A stretch of DNA of 64,000 nucleotides from Octopus vulgaris (GCA_951406725.2 OX597828.1:74028001-74092000), one strand, 5' to 3'; shown: positions 15,876-31,499, numbered from the stretch's first letter. Notes: generated from the sequence alone by a model not told the origin. A program made the numbers and translations.

Positions 15876-15913
15876 TATATATGTGTATATATATGTATGT
15901 ATGTATGTATATA

Positions 15914-15994
<81 letters not shown>

Positions 15995-16199
15995 ATGTAT
16001 GTATGTATGTATATAAACGGTTACTTAGAAGTGTCGCTGGTCGTCCCATACAGACACGTCAACCGGCGCAATTTCTAAGTCTGGGTATTATGTTCATTAG
16101 TCATGAACACCACCTCCAGCAGCAGCAGCAGCTGCCTCTACGTCACATCATCATCATCATCATCATAATTTTCATCATTATTATATTCTGTATTAACAC

Positions 16200-16590
16200 G
16201 ACCAGGTGGCAGAAACGTTAGCACACCAGGTAAAATGCTTTGTGGCATTTCGTCCGTCTTTATTTTCCGAGTTCAAATTCCTCCGAGGTCGACTTTGCCT
16301 TGCATCCATTCTGGGTCGATAAATTAAGTACCCATGAAACTCTGGGCTCAACGTAATAGATTAGTCCACCCCCACCACAAATTTCAGTCCTTATGCCTTG
16401 AATAGACAGGATTATCATATTCTAAATTACGTCTTGACGTTCTGAGTTCAAGTTCCAGCGAGGTCGACTTCACCTTTCATAGTGTTGGGGGTCGATAAAA
16501 TAAGTACCAGTTATGCACTGGAGGTTGCTCTAGTCGGCTTACATCTTGCCTCGAAGTTGCCGGCTTTGTGTCACAATTTGAAACCGTTTC
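16200..16590 (+). mobile_element. SINE family B (tRNA head, CORE-like body), tandem partial copies
   Basis: GGCAGAAACGTTAGCAC..GAGTTCAAATTCC..GAGGTCGACTTTGCCTT..GGGTCGATAAA.TAAGTACC. Confidence 0.75.
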
Positions 16591-17629
16591 CATATTCTAT
16601 ATTGTTCTTTGTTGCTTTTGTTGTTGCCGTTGTTTGTTTGTTTGTTTGTTTGTCTTTTGTTGTTGTTGTTTTTTCCAATACAGTAATGGACATAATTAGG
16701 CAGAAGGGAATACTTGACAAAGTATGTAGGCAAGAACACAGACACACCACCACCACCACCACCACCACCACCATCACCATAACACGACTAATACCACCGA
16801 CCATCACTATCAGCAGCACCCACTACCTCCACTGCTACCACCACACCATCACAAACCACAACCAACACAATTAACGCCCCCGCCATCACCTCCACCAACT
16901 CTCTCACCACCACCATCACTACCACCACCGTCTTTACGTAACAGTATATATTTTACAACGATGTATTGTTTGAAAATTGAAATATCTGACTGCGATGTTG
17001 TTGTTGTTGTTGTTGATGTCATTGTTCTCGTACTTGTTGTCTCTTCTTATTTATATTTTTATTACCATTGTTGTTATTGTTGCCGTTACGTTTATAAATT
17101 TTCCGATTCTTTATCTTTTGAAACAGAAATAAAAGGTATCTGTGAATATTTCCTCCTACAATGGCTGCCAATTAGAAAAAAAAATCGTTGAAGTGTCAGA
17201 ATAATAACATATTACACTATTCGCTAACACCCATTTAACTTCCGGTTTATATACAATGAAATATCCGTATGTGACTTTGTGCAAGAATGAGATACCAATA
17301 TTTACATGTACATTAGCAATGGGTTCGCAAATTGGAAGAGCATCGTACAAAATGGTGGCGAATTGATAGACGTGGGGAGGAGTAGTCGGGAGACAGGCAG
17401 AAACGTGATCGATTGGGAGAGTCGTTAACACATCAGATAACATTAACGACGCGTATATTATCAGATATAATAAGTTCATATACACAAAGACACGCAACAG
17501 TACTCACAGTGGGATCTATTTTAGAAATTTTATGTACTAAAAATGAAAATATGCTCAAAATGTTGGAAGCGGACTGTTGGACACCCGTGTTTCGGTGTAA
17601 TTCTGCCTCGTCGGGGATAGATATCATAT

Positions 17630-17716
17630 ATCTTTTATCTTTTACTTGTTTCAGTCATTAGACATCGGCCATGCTGGAGTACCACTTTAAAGAATTTGTA
17701 GCAAAACGAATCGACG

Positions 17717-17748
<32 letters not shown>

Positions 17749-17859
17749 TTCTTCCCTTCTTTCCTGAGCGTCCAATAATACTTTATTTGTTCCATGTCCT
17801 CGCGTTGTTGTGTTTTTTTGTTTTTTTGTGTTTTGTTGTTTGGATTAACTTTATATATA

Positions 17860-17918
<59 letters not shown>

Positions 17919-18042
17919 TAAGCCTGATACGTATTCTACCGGTCTCTTTTACCAACGCGTTATGTTACGAGGTTGTAAACACACCAACACCGGCTGTCAA
18001 GCAGTAATGGGGGACGAACACAGACACAAAACCTCACACACA
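17630..18042 (-). mobile_element. SINE family A 3' half, interrupted by (TA)n plus a PLE-like fragment (17747-17850)
   Basis: Tail motif at 17640-17690 resumes at 17920 (AAGCCTGATACGTATTCTACCGG); the insert matches the 3' part of 15592-15784. Confidence 0.7.
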
Positions 18043-18165
18043 TAGGTATATATAACATATACGAATAATTATATAAATTATATATATATATATATGTAAC
18101 ATGCGGTACAATTAGAAACGGCAAATTTTAGCCGTTTCTCCGCAGACTGAAAAAAATGATGAACG

Positions 18166-18208
18166 ACCTTAATCGATTTTCGAACCTTATTGCGTTCTCA
18201 TCAGAGGC
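18166..18208 (-). ncRNA. Canonical minimal type I hammerhead ribozyme
   Basis: gcct-CTGATGA-GAAC gcaataag GTTC-GAAA-atcgat-TA-aggt; complete core, perfect stem II, palindromic stem III (AATCGATT). Confidence 0.85.
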
Positions 18209-18479
18209 GTCTGCACTATTCTGACAGTCTCCAGAGAAACAAGCAACTAAACTGTTTATATACTCAGAAAATGCAGCAGTTACTCTATGAAGGAGTCTCT
18301 TAATTTGCATGCCGAAAGTGTTTAACACTCTAAAACTACCAGCGACCTGTCAACGGAGATCTTAGTCCACATATTATATAGGTGTGATATAACGAATATG
18401 TAACATATGGTACAATTGTAAGCTAGTCAAATTTTATCCATTTCTCTGAAAAAATTATGAATATTTATATATTTATGAG

Positions 18480-19035
18480 ACTCGTCTTTCCGCAGCTCGT
18501 CTCCTTGAAGCAGTTGCAGTCTTGGATAAAGCTGAGACCCGGACTGGGTGCCTGGTGCCTAGAATAGCATCAGGTGCGCACAACCCTCTACCAGTCGGGC
18601 AATGAGATTGGTGGATGTTCCGCTTTAGAAATCTATGGAGGATTAGTGGCGGGGAAGTGCGACAACTTTCTCGGGGAGACACACGGCACCTACGAGAATG
18701 AATGGGCTAGTCTGTTCCGGAGTTCTTTCCGGTCGAGAACTATCATGAATTTTCCAGATGTCCTTGGCCTGGCAGTGCTACAGAGGGGCGCTACCGGTTT
18801 AATAATACTCTACAGGCACGGATGGGTTGTCTGACGGGCTTGTCCGAGGTGCACGCAGATTGACGAAACCGTTCTGCACGCCCTCGTTCAGTGTCCGAGT
18901 ATTGCTGACATGTGGGGTCATGTCTAGTAGCTGCTGTCACGTGTGAGATGGGTCCGTTTGTCGGCCGAGTCTGTAGTGACGATCGCACCGTCGCCCTCCT
19001 TCAATTGGGCAGGCAAAGCTGGTTTTCCTTTGCTG
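18480..19035 (+). mobile_element. L1/Tx1-clade LINE ORF2 C-terminal fragment (pseudogenised)
   Basis: SLAWQCYRGALPV..LYRHG..CPRC..DETVLHALVQCPSI (zf-RVT/CCHC-like), with frameshifts and stops. Confidence 0.75.
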
Positions 19036-20013
19036 GACGAGGCTGAGTGTGCGTGTCTTTGAGTTTGTGTTTGCTCCCACCACCAAAATTACCACTAGCT
19101 TTTGACAACCGGTGTTGGTGTGTTTACGTCCCGTAAATTAGCAGTCTTGAAAAAGAAACCGATATATTAAGTGCTAGATATCAAAAAGGAAAAGAATCGA
19201 CAGCATGGTCGCAATCTAATAACTGAAACATTATAAAAGACAAACGTTATGTATATACCTAATTCAAGAGAGAAACTTATAGAAGTGAGCAAGGGAAAGA
19301 GAGAATGTGTGTGCCATAATGTCATACATAGCTTGCGTCTCTGCTACAGACTATTAAGTATATAAGAATATATATATTAAATTTTCTTTCTTGTATCACA
19401 AAAGAACCTATTTTCGAGGGAAAAAATAGTTCAGAAAAACCCTCAAGGAGGGGAAAAAATCGTTTTAATATACCAGAAAATATAGTTCAAAGAGAAAAAA
19501 ATGAAGTTACATTAAATTATCGTCAAGTGTGAAAACACGATCTTCTAGTATGTTGTTTTCTAGTTATTTAACTTAGTATTAATAATATTATAAGTTTGAT
19601 TTGTTGAAGAACTTTCTGGAGGTTTGCTGTTAAAATCTGCATGGAATCGTGATAGAAATTTTATCTAAAAAACAAAAGATTTCTTGAAATTATTCATTAA
19701 ATATACAAACTAAAGAAACTCATGAAGCGTATTGAATTCTTCCAAAGAATTTTTTTGCGATTAATATGCAGAGATTACGTATCTTTGTTACAACCTTTTC
19801 TCATTGTTTTATTATTAATTTTATTATAATTATTGATAATTTTAACGATAGACATATACGTACACATACTCATTTACATAAATATATATAGATGCATCTA
19901 TATTTACATACATGTGTGTATGCGTGTGTGTGTGTGTGGTGTATGTGTGTGTCTGTGTGGCTGTGTGTGTGTATCTGTCTGTGCGTATGTGTGTGTTGTG
20001 AGTGCATATTTAC

Positions 20014-20049
<36 letters not shown>

Positions 20050-20763
20050 TCACACATACACACGTACATACACACAAAAAGCAACGAAAACATACACACA
20101 CACACATACTCATACACACAGGTAGACATAAAACCTATTCAATAAATGCTTTTAAGCCACTCCCTTAGCAGGCCCCACAGGGGAATTTTTTTGTAGACAA
20201 ATACACCCACTCACTTTCTAACACCCTGAACTCTATAGCAAACTATATTTAAAGAAGACTTCAACGGAAAAAAACTGCAGACATGTTTGCTACTACGTTT
20301 CGTGGTTCGCTACCTTGAGGTTCCGAACCGCGAAATGTGGTTTGAATTGCGAAAGAAGACTTAAACGAAAAAACCCAGACAGATTTTTGCCCCCCAAACA
20401 GAAGATAAATTGTTTTTACTTCAAATTTTTATAAATATTTACAAATATAAGATGAGATTCATCATCGAAACCAGTGGTGTTTGTAGGGAGTTTGATTATT
20501 TTGCTACACACAAGCATAGACTTGTTCAAAACAAAGCTGTTTGAGAAATGTATGGACATTTTCTCTCTGTTTATTAATATATTGCTTTACAGGATAACTT
20601 CAATCCCGGCCACGTTCACTTTGCCTTCTGGGTTTGGGGCTCACTGTACAGAATAAGAAAGGATTTTCTGAAGCTGATTAACCCTATAAGAACTATTATA
20701 CATGTGAACACGACCTATACAACGTGCACAGTCACATATATGTGCTGAGTGTATAGCGCTGAG

Positions 20764-20827
<64 letters not shown>

Positions 20828-20835
<8 letters not shown>

Positions 20836-21043
20836 TTGTCTGTCTGTGTTTGTCCCCCAACATCGCTTGACAACCGATGCTGGTGTGTTTATGTTCCCGT
20901 AACTTAGAGGGTCGGCAAAACAGACCGATAGAATAAGTACTAGGCTTACAAAGAATAAGTCCTGGGGTCGATTTGCTCAACTAAAGGCGGTGCTCCAGCA
21001 TGGCCGCAGTTAAATGACTGAAACAAGTAAAAAAGTAAAAGAG
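20828..21043 (+). mobile_element. SINE family A 3' half
   Basis: TGTCCCCCAACATCGCTTGACAACCG...GAAACAAGTAAAAAAG. Confidence 0.85.
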
Positions 21044-21155
21044 TATGCCTATATATATATATATAATGATAGGTAGATAGATAGATAGATAAACAGACAT
21101 ACAGGCAGGCAGGCAGGTAGGTAGGTAGATGGATAGATATGTATATATATATATG

Positions 21156-21198
<43 letters not shown>

Positions 21199-21489
21199 GC
21201 ACACACACACATATGCATATATATATATATGTACATATGTGTGTATAGGTCGGTAGGTAGCTAGCTATATATACATACATGTATATATATATAGGATACA
21301 TTAATGTAATAATGTGTCCTACTTGTTAAAAAATTATATAATTAGTGCAGCGGAAGATAGCACTGCATTTAAATTGACGTAATGATTGCATTGTTCAATT
21401 AAATAGAGCTGCTTGAAACGTTCGTACTGCATTACTACTTGATATCCTGTTCCTTATTTTGATTATAGATATATATATATATTCTTTTA

Positions 21490-21692
21490 TTTTTATGCTT
21501 TTACTTGTTTCAGTCATTTTCATTGTAGCCATGCTGGAGCACCGACTTTTAGTTGAAGAAATGAAACCCTGAACTTATTCTTTGCAAGCCTGGTACTTAT
21601 TCTATCGGTTCTTTTGCCAAACCGTTAGGTTTTGGGGACGTAAACACACCAACATTGGTTGTCAAGCGATGGTGGCGGGACAAACACAGACA
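21490..21692 (-). mobile_element. SINE family A 3' half
   Basis: Reverse complement of the family tail. Confidence 0.8.
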
Positions 21693-21719
21693 GTTTGCTT
21701 TCTTTTCCAATTATTTTTC

Positions 21720-22746
<1,027 letters not shown>

Positions 22747-23315
22747 AAAAGCAGTGGCCTCTTAGAACCGTTAGCAAGCTGGGCAAAAATGATAATGGCA
22801 TTTCTTCCGTCTTTATATTCCACCGAGATCGACTTCGCCTCTTATTTTTCGTGATCGATAAAATAAAGACCCAATCACACACATAGGCGACATGATCGAC
22901 ATGCCCCATCACAAAAAAATTCCTTCTCTTATATAAAAATCTATGAAGATTTCTTATGAACTATTTACGTGTTATTGCAGTTCTAACCTTTGGAAAATTC
23001 ATATTTGTTTTAAGAAATAAAAGACGGACACATGGCAGACGAAGATCTGACAGGAGTCGAAACGTGAGTGACAAGATAACTAAACACTCGTTCGTTGATT
23101 GATGGATTTACTTGATTTGCTTGATTGATCAACTGATGCAATTTAAAAACAAGGTAAAGCTTAAACAGAAAATATAATGTTTAAGTGCAAGGCCTACACA
23201 GATATGTGTGTGTGTGTGTGTGTGTGTGTATGTATATACACAAACACATATACATATATATATATATATATACATACACATATATATATATTTGTGTTTT
23301 CATGTTTGGATTAAC

Positions 23316-23354
<39 letters not shown>

Positions 23355-23499
23355 ATATATACACACTTACACACACACATACATATATATAAACATAAAT
23401 TCATGCAAGGAGGTATATATGTACATGCATGTCTGTATAAATTTATACATATACACACACATATATACTTATGTGAATATATACAAATAGGTATGTATA

Positions 23500-23557
<58 letters not shown>

Positions 23558-23610
23558 TGTCTCCCCTGTATATGTGTGTGTTGTGTAGATATGCTCATAT
23601 AGCGATATAC

Positions 23611-23658
<48 letters not shown>

Positions 23659-24239
23659 ATGTATGTATGTATGTATGTAAGTATGTAAGTATATATGTAT
23701 TTATATATATTTATCTGTCGATCTTTAGTTCCAAAGGTTGAAATGAAAGACGTTGACGTGTTGCAGCTGTTTTATCTTGCAAATTAGAAGCTTCGCAGCA
23801 GAACTCAATTGCCTCAGGTAGAGACTGTTAAGAGAAAGAGATATCGGAATTGGTGACTGCAGGACGCATGGCCTCTAATTACAGTATCACCAATACTGTT
23901 ACAGTTGACCGTTAAGTCATGCATACACACACACACACACACACAGAGATACACAATGTGTGTGTGTGTATCTATTCCTGCACGCATATAGAAAAGCATA
24001 CTTACATATTTATATATATATGTATGTATGTATGTGAGACAGAGAGATGTGTGGTGTGTAATGCTAATGATAATTTTTTTTGCCTTCAAGCTATTCTATC
24101 TCTGCAGAGATAGAATAGTCGTTGAAACGATTGTCAGCATTAACATATAGGCGTGCTGTATGTGTATGCGTGTGTGTGCGTTTACAAATAGACAGACAGA
24201 CATTCAGACAGACACCTATAAATAAGATCTACTGACTTA

Positions 24240-24646
24240 CTCTCTTTACTCTTTTACTCTTTTACTTGTTTCAGTCATTTGACTGCGGCCATGCTGGAGC
24301 ACCGCCTTTAATCGAGCAACTCGACCCCGGGACTTATTCTTTGTAAGCCCAGTACTTATTCTATCGGACTCTTTTGCCGAACCGCTACGTGACGGGGACG
24401 TAAACACACCAGCATCGGCTGTCACGCAATGCTAGGGGGACAAACACATACACACACACACACATACATATATACATATATACGACAGGCTTCTTTCAGT
24501 TTCCGTCTACCAAATCCACTCACAAGGCATTGGTCGGCCCGAGGCTATAGCAGAAGACACTTGCCCAAGATGCCACGCAGTGGGACTGAACCCGGAACCA
24601 TGTGGTTGGTTAGCAAGCTACTTACCACACAAACACACCTGCGCCT
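24240..24646 (-). mobile_element. SINE family A, full length
   Basis: Complete head, internal microsatellite and tail. Confidence 0.9.
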
Positions 24647-25194
24647 TCATAGATGTTCCTTTATTAAACCACGGTGATTCCTTCCTTAATGATAATACCG
24701 TGTTTCTAGCTAATGCTTCCATATGAAGCAGAGTAACCTCGTCAAAATTCCCTCGACGACTTCCACGACATCCATTTTAAAGACCAACAAATATTTTGTA
24801 CACTTGAGAATTTTTTTAATTAATATTAAAATAATTGGTCACTAACAACTGGTAAAATTCCCTCCATGATTCATCAGTAGACAATAGTTTTTACTGATCA
24901 CTGTTAATCGAAGCGGCCGATTTACTTTTTATTTTCTTTCCTTCAGCGAACCAGAAGTTAAAATCATATCATTCTGGTCAAACCGACCGTTGATCTTCCT
25001 TTAATACCAATGTTGAACCCACCACCCCCATCTCCGCCAGCTCCTACACCACCACCGCCACCATTTTATCGTTTCTGATAATTATTCACATTGATTGCTT
25101 TAAAACTCCAATCAGAAATGTTTACGTTATTAACGTGACTGAGTTCCACATTGAAATAGTCAGAACCAAACGAGACAGCAACAGATTCCGGTGC

Positions 25195-25225
<31 letters not shown>

Positions 25226-25384
25226 AAGGGGGTGCGTGTGTGTATGTGAGCTTATGTGAGTATGTGTGTGTCTTAATGCTTGTTCACGTCTCAATGCAAG
25301 TGAGTGTATGTGTGTTTCAATGTATGTGTATGTGTGTATGTGCTTCAGTGGGAGTGTGTGTATATGTCAGAGTAATTATACAAG

Positions 25385-25476
<92 letters not shown>

Positions 25477-25508
25477 TTTATTTAAAGCAGCAGAAAATTC
25501 AACAAAAC

Positions 25509-25546
25509 CTGTTACTCTGAGTTTCCCGTTGCCGTTCATCGGACAG
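25509..25546 (-). ncRNA. Minimal hammerhead variant (C at core position 4) in an 85-bp insert within (TA)n
   Basis: ctgt-CCGATGA-acggcaacgg-GAAA-ctcagag-TA-acag. Confidence 0.65.
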
Positions 25547-25572
25547 TTTTTACTCCGGTATATATATATATA

Positions 25573-25616
<44 letters not shown>

Positions 25617-25764
25617 TGTATGAGTACTTGCATATATATATTAATACATGTATGAATGTGTTTGTATGTATCCTTCTATTTTAGCATGTGTTTATGTATA
25701 TATCACTGTGTTGCATTTTCCCCAGAATGTCTGTGTACTGTTATCTGTGTGCGTATGAACTTAA

Positions 25765-25832
<68 letters not shown>

Positions 25833-26757
25833 GTATATATACATATATATATATACATATATATATACATACATATATATTATGTATATACACACATATA
25901 TATATATGTGTTTACATACATATGTGTAGAGGCGATTTTAAGCCAAACGGTTATGACTGCATTTTTTTAAATATTGTGAGAAATTGTAGTGTATCACGTG
26001 ATAGCCGATGGCTACACAAGTTGAAATCAGTGAAAAAAAAAAACTTGGACGATTGCCTGAACAAGGACAAACAAACTCCGCTGCCGTATGACGTATGAAG
26101 ACTGTCTAATTGTAAGTATTTGAACAAATGGACGGACGATTTTCAGGAATATATTTGTCGCCAATGGTAGAGAGGGACCAGGAGATATCCGAAGAATATT
26201 CACTACCCATCATTAAAGTTAGCTGAAGCAACAAAACAGAGGATGGGAGCGAATTGATGACATGGAGAACAAATGGCAAACACAAAATGGCGTTCCGAAA
26301 TGGCGCTCAGTGGTGAACACACACACGGAATTATATAACGAAGACATATTTTGAACGTCGACATGAGGAAAACATTAAAAGAACACCAATAAAAATGTAG
26401 AAAAAGAACAGAAATAAAAACGATTAATCCCTTGATATTTAGATTCGATTAGTTTATCTCATGATTATATCTTAATTTCATATGTTGTGATATTCAAATT
26501 GTTATTGCGTTTTAAACAGGCAGAATGAATATCAGATGGAGAAAATATCGAGTTTATATACTGTTGTTGCGGCATCGTTGCTGCTGCTGATGCTGCTGCT
26601 GCTGCTGCTGCCTCTTGTTGTTGTTGCTGCTGCTGTTGTTGTTGTCGTCGTTGTGTGTTCCTGTCATCATCGTCGTCATCCATCGCACGCTTTTCGCTGC
26701 TGTTCCTGTTGTTGTTTTTGTTGTTGCTGATGTCCCTGTTGTTGTTGTTACTGTTGC

Positions 26758-26793
<36 letters not shown>

Positions 26794-26859
26794 GTGTTCC
26801 TGTCGTCTTCGCCATCATCTACAGTACGCTTTTCGCAGTACACTAATGACCCTACACGA

Positions 26860-27180
26860 AAGTCTTCCCGATTAAGCGCGAGTCCTCCCATCCGACTTTC
26901 TCGTTGTGTCTTCTTGACAGAGATATTTGGGTGGGTTGCCATTTCCCTTCCAGTGCTCGATGGTTGTTGACGCACAAGGAACTCATCTGTCCTTCGGCAG
27001 GCCCTGTCTTTAGTCCCACTGGGTATCCAGATACCTTCCTCATAAGAATAGCAAGCTACTCAGATGGGAAGAGGGGACCACTTTGGCACCGACCATTCGG
27101 CCATGAGTCAGGTAGTACTAGCCTACATGGCATCAGTGTCTGGTCTCATCAGGCTGTGATGAGATACCTGACCTGACTTT
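26860..27180. mobile_element. Possible RTE-clade-related fragment
   Basis: GGGTTGCCATTTCCCTTCC resembles RTE/BovB-type motifs (recalled similarity only). Confidence 0.3.
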
Positions 27181-28467
27181 AGGGTGTTCCGGTAGTAATG
27201 TATAATCACTGGTAGAATAAGTGAAAACAGCGCCTTACACGAAGGGTCTACCATTCTTTCTTTGTGGAATCCTGTATGTTGCCGCTCTGCCTGCTAAAAG
27301 TAACGACTAGGTCTCCCTCGGAGTAAATCCTATGATTAAGGACACAGTGTGTAATGCAGTCATAGACATCCTTTCAAAAATGGCAAGAAGGCCACGGTTA
27401 GAATGTCTTTGATCATGGTTCTATTTCCTCAAATTTGACCGGGAACTACACAGCAATAACGACTCGTAGAGATCGCTGTCTTAAATATGGGTTCGATTCC
27501 CGGTCTCATCTCGTGCTTTCAATATGAAATATAGCACTTCGATTATAATAGATCGAACGTAACTTCATGTGGATAATATCCTTTCTACAATAGGCACAAG
27601 ATCTGAAATTTGAGGGGAGGGGCTAAGTCGATTACATTGACCCCACCCCCCACCAGTGCTCAACTGGTACTTATTTTATCGACCCTGGATGGATGAAAGG
27701 CAACATTGAACTTTGTGGTATTTCTTCCGACTTTCAGTGATCGAAGTCCAAATGTTGTCGAAATCAATTTTACTTTAAAGGTCGATAAATAAAGCACCAA
27801 ACGAAAGCATTAATTTATCGGAAATGTTGGCAATTCAAGTAAGTCATCCAGCCATATCCGTTCCTAATGTTATTCCTCTAACACCAACGTCTGGGACGAT
27901 ACTCGTGCCAAGCTGGACCGATCCAAGTTTTCTCTTCGACAATAATGGTGGCGTGCAGAAGTCAGACGTGTACAGAATAAAACTGCCCGAGTTTATGATT
28001 TTAGTCTGGAGTTTTCGAGGAACAGACAAGAGAGCCATTGATTTAAATGTGTTGTTTGTATTAAAGTTGTTCGTGTATTCTTCTACTATAATTGTTTTCA
28101 ACCCTTTGACAGCGAAATTAAATTTCATAGTTATTCTACTAATAATGCTAAATGTCTACCGAAAATAGAATTGGTACTTTCTGCAAGTCACGTCGTCGGA
28201 GTAAAGTTGTCATGTCTCAAAAGAAAATAGTTCCAAGCGTGACATTCTTCAACTAAAGATAGAATGTTTTATAAAACTGATTTCTGCAGTTAAGGATCAT
28301 GAAGTTTTGTGTGGATATATCTGTTTTCCTCATAAAAGCGTTAGAATTCGCTCAAGCGTTGCTGTGCTGTAAGAAGCTTGTTCTCCAACCACATGGTTCT
28401 GAGTTCGACTTCAGTGCGTGGCACCTAATTTGTATGTGTATATATGTATGTATTTATATATGTATGC

Positions 28468-28554
<87 letters not shown>

Positions 28555-28559
28555 CATAT

Positions 28560-28618
<59 letters not shown>

Positions 28619-28685
28619 AGTTATACGTTCTTGTCCATGTTGTATTTTTCTACATACCTTAATATATATATATATATATATATAT

Positions 28686-29100
28686 AGGCGCAGGAGTGAC
28701 TGTGTGGTAAGTAGCTTGTCTACCAACCACATGGCTCCGGGTTCAGTCCCACTGCGTGGCACCTTGGGCAAGTGTCTTTTACTATAGCCTTGGGCCGACC
28801 AAAGCCTTGTGAGTGGATTTGGTAGACGGAAACTGAAAGAAGCCCGTCGTATATATATGTATATATATATATATATATGCGTGTGTGTGTTTGTGTGTCT
28901 GTGTTTGTCCCCTAGCATTGTTTGACAACCGATGCTGGTGTGTTTATGTCCCCGTAACTTAGCGGTTCGGCAAACGAGACCGATAGAATAAGTACTGGGC
29001 TTACAAAAGAATAAGTTCCGGGGTCGAGTTGCTCGATTAAAGGCGGTGCTCCAGCATGGCCGCTGTCAAATTACTGAAACAAGTAAAAGAGTAAAAGAGT
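28686..29100 (+). mobile_element. SINE family A, full length (reference copy)
   Basis: AGGCGCAGGAGTGACTGTGTGGTAAG..GGGTTCAGTCCC head, internal (TA)n(TG)n, tail ending GAAACAAGTAAAAGAGTAAAAGAG. Confidence 0.9.
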
Positions 29101-29189
29101 ATATATACATACATATATATATATATAATAGTAATAATGATGATAATACTACTACTACTACAACTAATAATAATAATAATAATAATAAT

Positions 29190-29850
29190 AAAGGCAATGC
29201 AGTAGACAATTACGGGCCGATATCCTGTATACCACTTATGTGGAAGTTATTGACTGGAATACTCGCAGAGTCAATGTACGAACATCTGGAAAAAATGGAG
29301 TCCTGCCACATGAGCAGAAGGGCTGCCAGCGTAAGTGCAGAGGTACCAAGGATCAACTCCTGACAGACAAAACTGTACTCAGAGATTGCAAAAGGAGGAA
29401 AAGTAATTTAGTCATGTCATGGATCGACTCTCGTAAGACGTACGATATGATCCCACATTCTTGGATTATGGAATGCATGAACTTGTTTGGGATTGCATCG
29501 AATGTTCAACGATTGCTTGGAAAAAGGAATGGCGGATTGGAGGACGGACCTGACAGCATACGGTAGAAGTGTTGGGACAGTAGAAATTAGGAGGGCATCT
29601 TCCAACGGGACTGCCTGTTCCCACTGATCTTTGTATTGTGCTTGATACCACTGACACTGATTCTGAGGAAACCAAAGTCTGGGTATGTATTCAAAAGCCG
29701 CCGGCACAAAGTCAACCATTTGCTATTCATGGATGAACTCAAACTTTATGGTAAAGATGAAGCCCAAGTCAGTTCCCTTGTTGATATCAGAATGGAATTC
29801 GAACTAAGAAAGTGTGGTGTGTTAGACGTGAAGAGAGACAAAATCAAATT
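29190..29850 (+). mobile_element. R4/Dong-clade non-LTR retrotransposon RT fragment (pseudogene) next to (TAA)n
   Basis: [71 protein letters not shown] across frameshifts. Confidence 0.85.
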
Positions 29851-30193
29851 TATTCTGTTTTCATGAATAGCTCTGTACAACGGCAAAAATGTGGACCCAG
29901 CGAAGAACCTGGCTACTCCATCCTATTGCGTGTACAGAGTACTTTGTGAGCAACAGAAGGGAACTTACATTGTCCGGAGCAACTTGAACTTTCGAAGGAT
30001 GATTCTTGACCTATTGGGTGCCTTCATTATAAAATATGCATACGCCTTATTTAGTATTAGAAGTAAGGTTTCCATTAAAAAAATATTGGTGAAGAAACTT
30101 AGCTGAAATATTGACAATTTCGTGATGAAGAAATTCTACAAATTCATTTATGACAATACTCACTCTCTCTCCCTCCCTCTCTCTCGCTCTCTC

Positions 30194-30256
<63 letters not shown>

Positions 30257-30919
30257 GTCCATCTATCTATCACTCTCTTTCTTTCACTATATACGTGTGT
30301 GTTTATGTGTGTACGGGTGTGTGTGTATGAAGAGATAGATAGGTATGCATGAATGTATGTATGTAGGTAGGTAGGTAGGTAGGTAGGTAGGTAGGTAGGC
30401 CGGTAGGAAGGTAAATATATAGGTATGTATATGTATGTATGTATACATGTATACGTGTGTGTGTCTGTCAGTCTTTCTGTCTGCGTCTGTCTGTCTGCGG
30501 ATGTGTGTCTGCATATCTACGGGCGTGTCTATTTATCAAAGGTCGTGCTCATTAGTCTCCAGCGGAGCCATAGGTGTAAAGTTTAATTTTGCTGAATGCA
30601 CAATGTTGTCAATGGTCAGTGATGGTCTTTCCCGGTCAAGAATGGACAGCCATCATGATATCCATATATTTTTTGTGTTTGTGAGTGTTTATGTGTGTAA
30701 GTGTGTTTGTGTGTGTGTGTGTTTTATTCACAAAAAGAGATAATGCAACATAAATTCAATTTACGCTACAACTAACAAAATACAAAATTGTAAAAAATTA
30801 AAATAATGAAAAATGGTTTTAAAAACAATTAAAAAACACAGAATATGAAAAAAAAACTACACTTACTCCTACTGACCACTTACTCCTACTTGCGCCACCA
30901 GCAAGCATTATAAAGCGTA

Positions 30920-31275
30920 GATATGTGGTAAGAAGCTTGCTTCCCAACTACATGATTCTGGGTTCAGTCCCACTGCGTGGCACCTTGGGCAAGTATCTTC
31001 TACTATAGCCTCGGACCGATCAAAGCCTTGTAAGTGGATTTTGTAGACGGAAACTGAAAGAAGCCCGTAACATATAAGTATATGTGTGTGCGTGAGTGCC
31101 TTTTTGTCTGTGTTTGTCCCCCACCACCGCTCGACAACCGCTGTTAGTGTGTTTATGTCCTCATAACTTAGTATATAAGAGATCGAGAGAATAAGTACCA
31201 GGCTAGAAATTTATTGAAGGCGGTGCTCCAGCATGGCCGCAGCCTAATGGGCGAAACAAGTAAAAGATAAAAGAT
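30920..31275 (+). mobile_element. SINE family A copy
   Basis: Head and tail match the reference copy. Confidence 0.85.
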
Positions 31276-31499
31276 AAACGCATAGATAATCGTTCAGAAT
31301 AGTCACAGGATGTTAATAAGAGGTCATTAATTATGTAATAGAACATTAATTAATGTTGGTCAGTAAGCATTATGGTTTTCGCTTCTGCAAGAATCGTTTC
31401 GTCAGGAGTGAAGCGAATGGTTTTTGCATCTGCTTCGAGTTTCCTTTTTCCTATCTTCGTCGCCTTTAAAAGCTACACCCCCACAAACACCGCGCTGCC

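Noticed and set aside
27824-28168. Possible host exon (overlapping non-repetitive ORFs on both strands)
   Set aside because: No recognisable domain and no convincing pair of splice sites; likewise 17156-17497, 30540-30660 and 31350-31470
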